Of a stretch of DNA of 64,000 nucleotides, positions 48,629 to 63,390 are shown in pieces. How positions within the stretch are numbered: position 1 is the stretch's first letter; every line of letters begins with the position of its first letter. This DNA comes from Pocillopora damicornis (lineage: Eukaryota). The translations under genes were made by a program, and so were the position numbers. The stretch covers positions 62,001-126,000 of the forward strand of contig NW_020845941.1 of assembly GCF_003704095.1 (NCBI RefSeq), in the 5' to 3' direction. The notes below the pieces were generated by a model. That model had not been told where the DNA came from. It did no database searches and saw nothing but the letters and a program-made list of their open reading frames with translations.

Positions 48629-51600
48629 TCATCTCTCTCTCCCCGTCAGTTCTTTCTCGTCAGTGGTCAAAAGATAGGTAAAATATACGAGACGCTTTGT
48701 CTGAGTTAGGGCCATTTGAAATTGTTAGTTTTCTCAACAGGGGTAGCTGGACTGTGCTAAGAATCATTGAGTAGCTATGCTGCGAGGTACACGTGACACA
48801 ATTACCTGTAACACGTGACCGAGTCGGACTCTAAGCGCAGATGGCATACATCTTTCGATTCTAGCTGATAAAGAAAACTAGATTTACACCAGCCTTTTTT
48901 CTTGGAGGTGAGTCTACATTATGAAATGCACAACGTGGACGTGTGCAAATAGCCCGTGAAATACGACCACCGCTATTTTCTCGGACGGATAGCTCGTGAA
49001 GTAGGAACACCGCTATTTTTTATTCCATCCCGCCATTCCGCTGCGATGAACATTTTTATCCCAAACCCGCCTAGTTAAATCCAAGTTGCCCTAATTCACT
49101 GTCTTATTTTAACTGATATAGCCTTTGCAATATTGACCATGTACTCTCATTAAGGAGAAAGGCACAAACTTGCTAAAACAAATGGTTAAGAGTAAGACAC
49201 AAAAACGTCACCTACGAAGGATTGAATTGAGTTTTCATTCTTTTCCTGAAATTTTTTTAGGCTATGGTTAATATTGAACTTTCCATGAGGTTAGCGATGT
49301 TAATGGTGTCGCTGTCACGGAAATAACGCTGTTGTGAATGAACCGGCAACTTTGTCAACGTGCTCACTGCGGCTTTTGACCACCTTTTTCTGGTCAAGGT
49401 TATGATTAACTTACGTCACGTGTTACTTACGCAACAAACCACGTAACATTAGTAAAACATGGGAATTTCATGTATTTTTATCCGCGGTTTTTGGGAATCA
49501 CAAAGCTCGTTTTGATAAAGCAAAGAAATACTTTTTAGTGTCTCTAAAGTCTATTGACTCGCCACTTGAGCTAAATTACGATCCCGCCTATACCCGTCCT
49601 ATGCCTTATTCCGCCTTCGAAACGAAGCATATCCCGGTCTCGTCTGCCTACTTTCATCGCGCATCTCGCCTTTAAAATTTCTCATATCCTTCATCCCGCC
49701 TCGATTTTAAGCCTCATCCTGTATCCCGCCAAACTTATGTTGGACCCTCTTAATTGTCACCCTGGGGCCATCACCCTCTTCAATCATTTAGCCGGGAGCA
49801 CAACTAGGTTTCAAAACCTTATCGGACAACTTTATGAGGACAAATTAAATATATGGCGTTTTCTCTAATTGGCGTAACATACTTTGACATGCCCAAAACT
49901 CACACGACTTGAGCTTTCACAAGTTTGTTTACAACATAACTAAAAGATTGACTTTGATATGTAAACATTTTAGCTCTATTGTTAACAGAGAACGACATTA
50001 ATATTTATTACAATTCATTTGGTGCCTTGCGGTCTGTTTGATAAGAGGCTCTGAGTGGCATCATTCAAATTAAATCATATTGAGTTCATGTTTATCAATT
50101 AATTGAAAATGCACGGAAGTCTTTTCAGTAAATTTTTTCTCTTAACACAATGCTGAAATTGACTAGGAATTTCCGGCATCAGTTTTCTTAATCAACTAAA
50201 TTTCGCAAAATTTTGCATGTTATAAATCATCTCGAACTCTCTGTGCATGCAGGCAGTTCCCAATTGCATTCATTCAGCTTTTTGAACCAACCAATAGGTA
50301 TAAAGGTAAATATGGTAGCGGCGAAGCGCAAAGACCACCGCGCGTTGAGTAATAACTCTTGGAATCAACGTTGTAAACGCCTCTGACAGAGGCTAATGAC
50401 CGAAACATAACATCCTAGACGTAAAATCATCAAGTGCTATTCGCCCTATTTGAAACGGATCTTTTTTCAGTAGTTGATGTAAACTACATGTGGGCCGATA
50501 ACACGACATTGGAAGAAATTAGACCTTAGTAAATAAGTAGGAAGAAAGAGGTGAACCAAGTTCCTGTTCTACAATCGAAGTGGTGTTGAATGATTGAGTT
50601 CACTCAAGAACAACTTCCGCTGTTAAAAGTTACAAAGGATGCAGGTTGTTACGTTCATGGTTTCCGCTTAATAAAGTGCTCCCGGCTAAGTTCTTTTCAA
50701 TATATGAAAGCTAGGAAATTTTAAGAGAGCTAAGAAGACACTTACACGTTTTAGTCGAAGTCTGAAAATCGCAGGAGTTTCCTATCGAGCAAGGTACGAA
50801 TATTCAATTCCTTGCCATAGGAAGCATCTGCCAGTGAATAATCTTGCATTGCGATAATGTTTGGCTGTAAATCACATTCCCTGAGCGCGGTATCTCATTC
50901 ACGTAAAAATATTACATGCAGTCGCGAAGGTGCTAATAGCAGAGACAAGTCTTAAAGTCGCCCATGTTGACGGTCCCCTCAAACGAAATGTGTACGTATG
51001 CCTTTCGACTTGATACTGTCAGCGTATTATTACTGCTAAGGTAATGTAGAAGAAGTAAACGTGTTCAAACGAATTCATGATTAAAAAATGGAAATTAAAC
51101 AGCAATATAACTTCCAGTGATTTAAACCGAAGCTAACAAATGTCAGCGTTTGTGTATACTTAAGCATAATCCTCCAAGCTGCAAGCTGATATTAATATGA
51201 ACATAGGAGTATGGATGTACCCCAGAAGTAGACTGAATGCTGGAGCAATATCTTCACACTAAAAATTTAAAATTAATACGAGTCTTACTGTTATTCTTTG
51301 CGCTTTTTTAACTAGGTACTCACTGTTAAACCAGCTCCAGATGCAAAGATGAGAGAACTCTCGTTTTTTATCCTTGAACACGGGATTATCATAACGTATG
51401 ACATAAAGTTTACCTCACGTCAAACAGTGTTGAAACACGATCCTCTTTTATAATGGTAAGCAGGTGATAATGGACTTTTACGAAATTCAAGCCAATACAA
51501 AGTTTACTAAATTAGTGAGTGGGCTTATTTAGTCTGACTAAAATGCAGATAGTCTTTAAGGTCCTCAGAATTGTGCAGTGTTTCTGTCTCGTTCTGATGG

Positions 51601-54600
51601 GCTGAATTTTTAATTTTTTAATGAAAAGTAAATAATTTTTAGGCGACGGTCTTGTATATTCAGTTCTGATCAGTGTCAAGAACCAATAAGAATGGAATTT
51701 TAAGACTTATAATTGGCCAATTTCCATTGGCGTAAAGATCAGTAGGTTGTTTTTCCGACTTGATTAAAATGAACTGAACAAAAGATTTTCTACAAAAATT
51801 ATTCAGGAAATTATTTTCCTTGTCTCCGTTTTGTCGCTGACGTTAGACGTGTCATCAATTGGTTGCCACAATAATTGCGCAAACAACACGATTTTAATTT
51901 GAACGAAATCACAAGGAAGGGGACAAAAATACTTTTGGAAGTGGGGAAATGACGACTGGTTGGGCCGGTGGCGGAACTTGTGAGCAAAGCCGGCAGGGAT
52001 ATATCTAACGACTGAACTTTGAGAAATCGTTGACTCTCTTTGCGATTAGCGCTGAACGACAATCAGATGTGACAGGCCGACGAATTGGGTGGTCTAGTTG
52101 TGCAGTAGTTTTTACTTGCACAATTTATTGGTCTATACGCAACAGATTAAAGTCCGTTTGCATCATCTTTGTGTAACATGTTGGTAACAGGAGTTTTTGT
52201 AGTTGGATAAGGAACGTGAGAGAAATTTATTGGGGCGAAAGGAGGGGGTAGGGTTTATGGAAGGGAAAATCATCATGCTCTCGGTAAACTTTTTAAAAAT
52301 CTAATATTAGGGTTTGATTAAAAAGGCCCTGAGTCGCTCAGTCTGGAACTTCAATTTTTTCTAAAGAGTGAATCATAAACAAAAGGACAACACGTCGCCA
52401 AGTTGATAATTTGTTAACCACTTAGTGAGCGGTTATTCTTCAGCTGCTTTATTTGATGAAATATTTATAACTGATATTTCCTTTTCCTTTTTTGAAACCT
52501 CGAAACAAGTTATGATATCTCTCAAATTGGTAATTGCAACAGCAACTTTCCCATGTTTGAAGATCAATATAATTCGAAATTAAACTAACAGTTTACATCT
52601 GAGACGACTCCTTTTACCATGATATTTTATTTTTTGGAAGATCTTCTACCGCATTTCCTCTTTTATACTTTTCGTTGCACATCCTTCAGTCATCACTGAC
52701 GTATCCCTGAGCTTCAACCTAGCTAGAGTGATCATGATGTTAGCTTAAGATAGCTCGATTGCGTAAGCTACAAATTATGAAAGCTGACATTGATCGACAG
52801 GCAAATCTCATGGCAAACTTGGCTCCCATACGTTCACTGGCTTGACAGCTACAAAATTTAGAATACAACGTTTCTTGGCTGATGTTATTTACGAACCTGC
52901 TTCGGGACGAAAATGATTAAGATCAAAAAGGTTTTTTTTTTCCTTTCTCCTCAGTTCTTTACATGAATAATAAAAAAATATGGAAAACGCACGAAACTCT
53001 GATGCAGTCACAGGGCCACACAAGGACGCAATTTAAGCTTTTTATTCATCGATTTTTTTTGTTTGTAATAAGCGCAATTTATATTCATGATTAAAAGGAA
53101 AAACAGTTTTAAAAAAGGGAAAATTTGGCATCATCTATTTCGTTTATTAAGCCGAAAGATAGAGATTGATCTTTTTTATGACAACCACAAATTAATTTTC
53201 TTCATATCTTTACTTTTTACCGCTCTACATTACCATAGAGCTGGGCTCTTAAGGGTTTCCTTCGATTCGAGTTCGATATCACGAGTTGAAAAATTTTAGG
53301 TAATTTAGATTTTTTTTTCCGAGCGCGCTTGGCGCTCTTTCGATGAAACCAAAATTAACATTTCTCGAAGTTCTGTTTTAATCTTGGTTATAAATACCAT
53401 CAGATGCATGAACTCGACTGCCGGGCGACCGATTTCTGCCTGTAGGATTTCCCTTTGGCTTTCAGACAACTTTTTGTCACCGAATGAAAACTCAGAGCGA
53501 GGTTATCAAATTGGTTTTCAATTTAGGGAAAAGAGTTGTGTTTTTTTAAACATGTGTTAACTTTATTGGAAATAAAGACCTAAGCTCATAGCCTCCAGTT
53601 AAGGCCTTCTATTAAAGGATACCGATTCTTAAGCATGCATAGGTAAATTAAAAAGAAAAAAAAAACAGTGTTACCTTAACAAACGTCAAGAGGTATCGAC
53701 ACGTCAAAAGGACGGACGACCGCTTTCCAGTACTCTGCAGCGAAATACTAAGAACCCGTTGGGTAGTTTGCCTTAAACTACTTTCGTTTCATCCAAAAAG
53801 CTTCTAAAACAGATCAGTAAAATGTATGTCAATATTTCAAGTGCTTAAAAGCTTCCATGGGGATTAATTAGTCATTCATTATTTAGTGACTTTCATTTCT
53901 TCTCCATTCCTCTCTCCATTCTGGGAAAGAGGAATTAAGGCCAGGAAAGGTCAGACGATGCTCTGGCTTTATAATCTTTGGCTGTTGTCGGGATGATTAA
54001 AAACCATGAGCGCTCGTTAAGTCTCAAACATTTGAGTTTAAATATTTTCTTGATTTAGAATCCAGCGTAAACTGATAAAAGTATATCCATCACAGAGAGG
54101 TTCTTGAAACGTAGAACGCAAGGTAAGGGTTCCCAAAGCAGCAGTTGATTATTTTTAGTTAACATAAATCTGAACTTGAAAGAAAAAACCCAGCAAACGA
54201 ACCATGCACCACTGTATTTACAAACCCATTCAAGCACTCCCAGTGGGAGCTTACTCAACCGCTTGGCAGCTACATCTTGGTTTCTGTGACTTGAAAAACG
54301 TCGTCTATATTTTATCAAGTGTACAATTCGCAATCCTTTTCAATCTTCTCCATCCTTAATTATAAATTTTTTCCTTTATTTGTTTCTTCTAATTTTGGTG
54401 AACTTCATCATACCATGATAACATCTTGTGGTTTCCCACCAATTTTTTTTCCAATTTTCATCGCAGAAAAATTCTCGTAAACTAAAGCTTTCGAAAAAGA
54501 TTTTAAAATCTTCCAGTCTCTAATAATTCTTTTGATCTTGTGTCAAGTAGGAACACTAAACAAGGAAGGAAAAACATTACCGTTGATTACTGCGAGTTGC

Positions 54601-57600
54601 TCATGAAATAAAATTAGGACCCCGTTTGACTAACAGCGAAGAAAATCAATAAAGTAAATTACACCATTTATTTGCTCTGTATGAGTCCAACGTTATGATT
54701 ATTTTATAAAATTATGTCGCTCTTTATTCAATAGTGATACCTCCCTTTCATTTACAATCATAAGTAAAGATTAATACTGACAGAATTCGGATTAGAGGGG
54801 AATAAAAACTTTCACCTCGATTAGGGTGTTTTATAGCATCTCCACTGTTCGGATGTCCAAAGTACAGTGGGCGAGATCCGGCGAAAATATGTATTAGGGA
54901 TAGAATATTCTGCCTCAACATCATTCATTGTTACCAATTAAGGCTACGATTGATAATTAGGAACCTTTTCAGTAAAGGTTTCCGGCCGGATTGCAAATAA
55001 TTCATCTTGCAGGTTATGGAGGATATCTGTATGAAAAGGTTTATTGATTGAACAACCACAAAACGTGATTGCTGTATAATGATCGATGTAAGACAAACTC
55101 CGAGAATTACATTCAGATAACAAACAAATAAGCCGTAGCTAAAGTTACAAACATCATAGATGACTCTACGCAGATGAAGAAATATTTACTAATCCAAAGA
55201 TGGTGGAACTGCAGGCAGATAACTATTTCCCAATCTTCACTTTCCAAACCGCGGGCGCAAAGGGTCGGTCACAGACCTGATAGTGCCTACGACATTGACT
55301 GCCGACTGTCTTCAAAAATCGTGCATTATCAATGAATTATCAATGTCGAGTTGAGCTGAGTTATTTGCCGAAGCCGAAGGCTGAAGCAGACGACACAAGG
55401 TTTGATAATTCATGAAAACCGAATTTAAAAGCTGTTTTATTGAACAGTTTTTGAACAATCTGCAAATAAAACACTGCAATTGCAAAAGTTTGAGACGAAA
55501 GGCTTGTAGGCAAGGCAGACTTTGAATTCGACATGATAACCCAATATCTGCCGCAGATATTGGGTTATAATGTCGACTTCAAACTGCAGTAAGTCTGAAG
55601 TATAATGTATAATAATCGGAGTTACACGCGAAAGCGTCAAAACTTATTGATCCTAAACTTGTAGTCCAATACTCTAAGAAATAGACAGTTCTCCGCTGTG
55701 TCATTCAATTTCAAAGGCTGTCTGTTTAAAGGTCTCCTGCATATTCTTACAAGAAAACTTTTTGGTTCGTCCATTCGAAACACAAAGTTTTTTTATTTCT
55801 TCGGACTATCTGATTGCCATGCTTGCCTTATCTATTTCAACGGACAAAGGTATCAAGCCGAGGTAATAAGCTCTAGACGGACTTTGCATCTGCCAAGATA
55901 AAAGCGATCGATTTACACGGAAAAACGTGATTAATAAACAAGACGACCGACCTTCTAAAGGATACAAAATTGCATTAGTCCTACTCTATTTCAAAGCTCA
56001 TACAGATCGTAAACGGAAAAAATTTAAAGAAATGAAATTCATATCTTAAGCACAAAACATCAGCCAATTTAATCCTAAGTTGTAGCTGTTCTATGGTCGT
56101 GAGAGCATAAATCGAGCCCTGAAACTTAAGCAAAGTCTCTCGCTTCATTCCACATGTTTTAAATATATTTTTCATACTTACAGCAAAAATTTAAAGAGGA
56201 GGTACTGACTGAAAGAACTCTTAGGATGTAAATATTTCAGTTATAACTAAGCCCCTTTCTTTACAAAAAAAAAACAAAGATTGCTGCGTTATAATCCACC
56301 TCGACTTCTACTCTGTCCATGAAAGTGAACGGTGATTTTCTTACCTTGTATTTCCTTGTTGCATTGGATAGCTAAGTACTTTTAGTCCAATGCTTTTTCC
56401 AAGTTGTTTTTTTATGTCTCAGTACGTTCCTCTGCCTTACCCAACAAAAATGAAACGTTATGCTGCGTTCATTTATCAAGAGGCTTTGGGAACAAAGCGT
56501 TTATTTATCTTCATAATTAAAAATCTTTCCACCCATGGCCATTAGTCAATTTACGGATCTGTTGTCTAATCCAGAGAGATTAACTTGATGGTGTTCGCCT
56601 ATTGCTAACTGAAAATTTTGTCAGTACAGCATAAAAGATAAAATATCTGCGAGGGTGTGTTTAAACAAAGCGAATCTGAGATAAGTGAACTCGTTTTGTT
56701 TTAACAAATATGACATTTGTTCCTTCCATTTGATAAATTTCCAAATTTCCCGATAAAATTAATCGAAAATTTTTCCCAACAAAGAGCGCTATTAGATCCA
56801 ATGATTCACTTTTTGAACGCCGCGGAACTTGGCCTTAGTTTTGTGACATAAACTATATATAACTACGATAATGCATGGAAACAAAATTGGCCAGTCTTTT
56901 TTTAATTGTGTTTCCCTGACGTTTTTATATGATTTTCATTAAATTCAGAAAATTCTAATTTCCTTGGTGTAAATAACCGGCGGGTGAGTTTCCCACCAAC
57001 TGAATATTCCATGATTATTAATTTTGAGTTCAGCTTGCGATAGTCTCTTTTTTGATTGATTTGTTAGTCAGACTTGAGACTTTTGTTTTAATCTCTAAGT
57101 AAACCGAATGAAAATACCTCTTTGCGTATTTGCTCTGGTTTGCGTACTGTTTCACCAGCCTTGTTTACCAAGGAAAGATGTGTTTACTGAAATAAATACC
57201 CTACAGTACACTCTCGTGTTGCAAAAATTAATAAATATGAAATACGTTTTTTTTGTAAATTTCGCCGCAATCTAGCTACTTACGGAAAAGATAAAAAGTG
57301 TTTTAAGAAGTAGAAGCTAAACCGACCATCGTTTTTTTGAGAAATCTCCACGATATCTACAAAAGAGACTTTGGGTGAAAGCGGCTTAATTCAGGGTATT
57401 GAAGGTAATCGTTGTTTTAAAAGATGAATTGTAAGCCTTAAACATTTAAACGTAAAACTGTGGTTTTGAATTGCCATGGTCAAACCCACATAGAAATAAC
57501 TACACAAGAAAGGCTTCGTGAATTCGAAATATCAAAACCTTTATCAGTACTACTAAAAAAAATAGCCTGTGTTTTCCAAGCTTACCCAATTTAAATCTAT

Positions 57601-60169
57601 TCAGTCTGCGCCACTGAGTCGAACATCTGTTGCATAATTGGGCTTCCTAAGAATTTTCCTGCTGCTTCAAAATGTTGTTACCTCGTTCAAGTGACTACTA
57701 TGAGTGGTAAGGTATGGCTGAAATTGCCAAGAAATCGCGTGAGCCAAAAATTTATATTTGTTAATTACGAAACAAACAATGCAGGTGGATGTTTCGTTAA
57801 AAAAAATCTATTTCTAAGATATGATTGGAGCAGAATTTTAGTGTTTCATTAAAAAAAATAGATAAATAAATAAATGCAATTCAAATTTAAATTCAAAATT
57901 CATCTGTTGCTAAAAGTCCGGAAAAAAAAATTTTACATGAGGTGTTTTTGTGATCAATTTAGCTAATTGGTTCGTTGTTTTCAGACCAGCTTCACGAAAA
58001 GCTCAATTTAACTTTACATATTTTTACCTCCCATAATTAACACGCTCCTTACAATGGTTCGTGTTTCGTTGAAACGATTGATTCTTGTTACCAAAACAGC
58101 AGGGAACAGTTAAGGTTTAGAAACCAATAATTCGAAAAAGATAAATTTCCAAATCAGCTTCGGCTTTATCAAACGAATTATTTCTAAAGTAAGTTTAGTT
58201 GAATTGGTCTGGTGTTTTAATTACTATTGATATTACGGCCAGCAATGTGTTTTAAAGTAAAATTTAAGCGGTTTTGTGTTTTGATGATCTACCGCAAACG
58301 ACGAATTACTGTTACTTAATCCGAATTCCGAACGACAGAACGTTTTATTTGTGTTCGGATGAAAAAGAGGTGAACATGTTACTCACACGGTCATTTTATT
58401 TTTTCTGTATTTTTAACGGGAAATAATAAGCATTTAAGATAGAATACCAAAACCGAGTCCAATTTTTTGGAAAGGGCTATTGTAAAAAGATTTTATTTTT
58501 AATCGTCCAGTTCGAATGTCATTCAGTCATACAACTAACGGAATGGCAAAAAGATCAATTTTCCAATCGCTCGAAATCTAAATAGCGCAGATCTAGAATC
58601 CTGAAGCAATGTACGGTGATCAAAGCTAATTCCCCGCCTAAAACTAACATATCTTTCTAGCCACGATTATTATACCGTTCAGTCAGGATTCGGAATGATT
58701 TCAAAAGAAAAATTACCTTAAACGCTTACGTGTTCTTATCCTACTAGTTAAGTTTTGTCCAATCATCAACTCCAAATATAATAATCACAAAACATACCCG
58801 CAAAACCCTCCGCAAGTCGTGCTGGTAACTTAACTTCGCATCAAGCTGTTGTACACCTGCCGAAGATTTGTTGTTGTAGTTCGACGGACCGGTGTAAAGT
58901 GACTGACGGCAGAAAAGCTCTCAAGCTATATTAAAGGTATTGAATAAACATATCTACATAAAATCATGAATATTATTTGCGAAAAAAATGAATCCCATAA
59001 TAGGTAAGGTGTTGATAAAGTTACGATTGTTATCGTTCTCTATCGCTTGGAAATTAGACTTCCCTTTCTGATTTTGAAAGTGTTATCACCTTTTTTTAGT
59101 TTCCTCTACCTGTACCAAGAATAAAAGCCATTGCATATAAATGACCGTCTTACAATTGACCATCTTTGCAATCGCTAAATTCAACACCAACAAATAATTA
59201 GGTTTTCTTTTTATTTATTCTTAGGATCTGTTCTACTAATACCCTGCTTGTTTCATTATCTCGAAAAACGTAGTCATTTGTTTCAACGTGTAAAGTATAA
59301 ATAGAGTTATTTATATTGGGTAAGCAGAGATTACCTTCCCAGAAAAGACTGTAAATTCAAGACACTGACAAATTATCACGAAAGTTAATATTAATGCCAC
59401 AATGATTTACAATATCTGAGGTGAAGAAAGTCAAATAAAGATTAAAATTTGGTTACGATATAAAGTCTCCGGTGGTTGTGTTATGTTTTTTCCGAGCATT
59501 TTCATTACCTATTGCTTATGTAGCAATAAAAGTAATTAAAAAAAAAAATTAAACGTCTTCCATTCTGAAGTTGAATTAAATTTGGAGTAACTGTTTCCTG
59601 CAAGTTTTTAACCAGACACGTAATTTAAAATTGAATTATAACCACTCAGTATCTTTTCCTGAAATCGTAAATCAAATAGGACCCTATCGTTTGCCAAAAT
59701 TTCTTTTCTTTTTCCTTTTCCTGATCGAGGAAGTAAGCTCAAATTTCAATTAGGAGAGCAGGAGACCCACAACGGGAATAGCTTATAACATTGATTACTT
59801 CATCTTCGACTAAAGTTAGAAAAATTAATGCGCCGAAAATTGACGGTCTGGCTAGATTCTGAGCATCAGTTACAACATGTTACAATTGCAAAACAAAAAT
59901 ATATATACATTTCTTCGCTGAGTTGTCTGGTAACTATATGCGTTATGCTAGAAATTGGATGTATGTCAGGGTTTTCCACGTCTTATTTGAGGATGAACCG
60001 ACAGTGAGTTTAGTCGCCTAAGAGATTTCCTTAACCTTGCCCCGATTCCTTAGCAATTTTAACACTGCACTGACCACTGAAAAAAAGTTGTCATGGCTAC
60101 TAGCCGCAATATCTGACATCCAAATTCCTCCTACTTTATTAATATTTACATTCTTGTTACTCTAGTTTG

Positions 60170-60269
60170 NNNNNNNNNNNNNNNNNNNNNNNNNNNNNNN
60201 NNNNNNNNNNNNNNNNNNNNNNNNNNNNNNNNNNNNNNNNNNNNNNNNNNNNNNNNNNNNNNNNNNNNN
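60170..60269. other. Assembly gap (100 N)
   Basis: N run. Confidence 1.
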
Positions 60270-63189
60270 CAGCAATTCTTTATTTCAAATCAAATTCCTA
60301 AATTTAATTAGTAGAGAGGTTTGCTACCATTTCATTATTCTAGGCAGCCATATAGCTAAAAAATGACTGCTTATTTTTACTCTTTAATGGCGAAGAAACA
60401 CACCATCATATTTTCATGTATTGTTAGCGTGTGAGAATTACTGACACAGTTTCTAATGGTTTTGCTCGCATAATGTAAAACATAGAGGAAAATATTTTGA
60501 CAGCTTTTAACTTTTTCTATCACAAAATGTGGCAACATTTAAAATACTTGAATTTTTGCTCATATTCGTTTGAAAAAATATATCAATAGGATTTCGACAG
60601 GTTGAAACGTACCTTCTAAAGCAACGTCCATGGGAGAACAGAAGTTTTGGAGAACAGAAGTTTTTGAGAACAGTTTTGCTCGCGATCGAGGTCACCAAAG
60701 TTTTCCTTTTTCTTCCTTAGAGATTACGGTTCTGACCAGCTCCGACAGCTAATAAACTAGGAGGAGGAAAGTATTATGAAATGCTGCATAAACATTAGGA
60801 TTGGAAAATGTCATGATTATCGGGTTAAGAGTTGATTGGTAGCCATGACGCTGGGGGCTTTCACGACGCCATTCATGCATGTTATAAAGCTAGCGATCTC
60901 AATCGCTTGCGAAATTTCCCATCCATTCTTTCTTATCGCCTTAAGCCATCTAATCTCTAAAAGGTGCCGCGGAAATGGCTTTCCAAGTGAACTTCTCTCT
61001 ACACACTCTGCCATCTTCACTTTGATGCACGCAACACTTTTCTTTAATAGCTGCCAGAATGGATTCTGATCGACTCAGATCGATCGCAGATAGAAATCAA
61101 TTGACTCTGAGTCTCCAAAAAATAAAACTAAATTACAAGGTGAAGAGCTTCGAAGGAAATCCATTTTATGTGAAAACTTAATCACTTAAATCCCTCTCAG
61201 TGAAAAACCTTTTCTGACCTGAAAAAGAGTAAATTAATTTTTCTTAATTAATATTCGAAGAAAAGAAAGAAAAAAATTTTTATCGGGTTTTCAGCTTGAA
61301 TTAAATTTAATAAAGGAATCCAGGATTTTCGAAGCAGCTGTCATTAAAAATTTGTCACAAAATGGAAACGCCACAAAAATCAAAAATTGATAAAAGACCA
61401 GAAGATCACTAAGAGGCAGAGCATGACATGATATACAATGTTTCTTGTCCAATCAGCTTTCAGATGTAAAAGTGTTACTCAACTGATAAATATGCTGTTA
61501 CAACTCTACCATTTTCATGATCGGTCGTTTCATTCTGAGATTTTCACGTTTTAGTTTCTTTGAATCGTGCCGGCTGGCGAAAGGATCAAAACTTGTGAGT
61601 TTGCTGGGAAGAATTTCCGCAACTTTTTCAAAATTCCCTTTCATCAGAGTGTTTACAAGCGTAACAGGGTTTCTGTCAATCAAGGTATCGTCGAAAATCT
61701 TGGAACTGCAGAACTAAACGTCGTGCGCCTATCGAACTGATCGAAAAAGGATAAATTGGAGGTATACTAATTGATAGAAAGAAGGAAGTTAGAAAAAAGA
61801 TTTTTTGACTTGATTAACAATTTGACCAATAAATACTAGTGTTGTATTCCAGTTAGTCTAAACAGGCTTCATGTCTACAAACTGAGGATTTTATTTAAGA
61901 TAGTATTACTTGAAAGTGCCGCCATATTTTGTTCAAATTAAAATTATTCAAGTTCCTGAACTACAGCTTGACGGTGGGGGGGAGGGGGGGGAGGGGAATG
62001 GGGATGGAGTTCGCTTTCTCATAGGGTATGATCACTCCCAGCAATTAAATGTTAGAGGTGTTAGAGGGGAGATCCGTAGAGACATTGAGTTGAAATATAA
62101 GCCCCTTCTCATGGAAAGACCTAGATGAGGGATTCTTAGGAAAAACAATGTTGAAAAGGCATTTTAACATAAGGGCCTGAGAAATGCCAAGAACGCGAAG
62201 GAGGGGACTGGACCTCTTATTCATTACTCAGAATAATAAACAAACAGAATCATGAATATTCTCGAAGTCAAAGTTCATTTGCAATTTGACTCTAATTATT
62301 TAATAATCATCATGCTGGGCCACCCAAAGTTTCCTCAAAGGATTAGAGCGACGTACCTTTGGACTGTCACGCAATATATTTTTTCAGTTTACACAAAAAG
62401 GATTTTCGTTTGGGAATTACAGTTCCAGATCTTGAGAATAGTATCGGACACCCTCGATGCACCATTTCAAGTGAACCTGCATACAGAATAACTAACTTTT
62501 TCTATCAAGTTTTTTTTCCTTTATAATTTCACGCGATTACTCCTAAAATAATCCTCAAACTAGACTGAGCGAAAACAAACTTGAAGTTTCCAGACTAGTG
62601 ACGTCAATGAATCGTTATTTATGGTCCTTGAGCGTGACAAAGTCACGACATATTAGAGAAAAACTGGCATGGTTATATATGGTAACAGCTCTGAGCACTT
62701 TAAGGTTGACGTCATCGAAATTTCAAAATTCACGCAAGAACATATGACAAAATTCACATGAAGATGTAATTTATCAAATATGCACACGTATTTGTGTACG
62801 TTTTCAAATGAAACCTTGTGTCTTGCTGCTCCTGATTTCTTTTAATGGGCATTTTAGTAGATGGTTGGGTGGACAAAGGGATTAACTTTGAGAACTTTTT
62901 CTCGAACTTCCTCGTGAATATTTTCGTGTAGACGGCGTAAATGTTGCATCGATTACGTCTGCCAAAGTTCACATCAAAAACTATTTTCATCTTACGTCGT
63001 TTTCTTTAGAAGACACTGCATTGCGTTTCTTTCAATTTCTGTCTGGTCAAAGTAGAAAGAGACCAATCTGGGATGGAAAAGTAGAAATGAAAATTGAAAA
63101 AAAATTAGACGGAAAACAATGAAAAATAATGTACTATTGTTTTAATTAGGATGCAAATAGTACATTTTGTGTCTCGGCCCCTAGACAAG

Positions 63190-63390
63190 CTGATCTAGAA
63201 GACTCATTCCTCTCAAACAATCCAATCAGATAAGTGACGAAGAACCAATCGCGACTTGATCCATAGCTTTTTCCTGCGCCCTAGGCTTTGCTTTCCTTGT
63301 TTTTGCAAATTTGAGTTCGCTTAAGCTTCTCGTCGTATGATTTTCTTTAATCTGATTGGCTTCTCGTTTTAATTTTACTAAACTCGATCT
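63190..63390. repeat. CCAATC/GATTGG-rich interspersed repeat; degenerate relative at about 21825-22040
   Basis: Same order of blocks (CCAATCAGA...AACCAATCGCGACTTG...TTTTCCTGCGC...GATTGG), loosely matched in both places. Confidence 0.45.
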
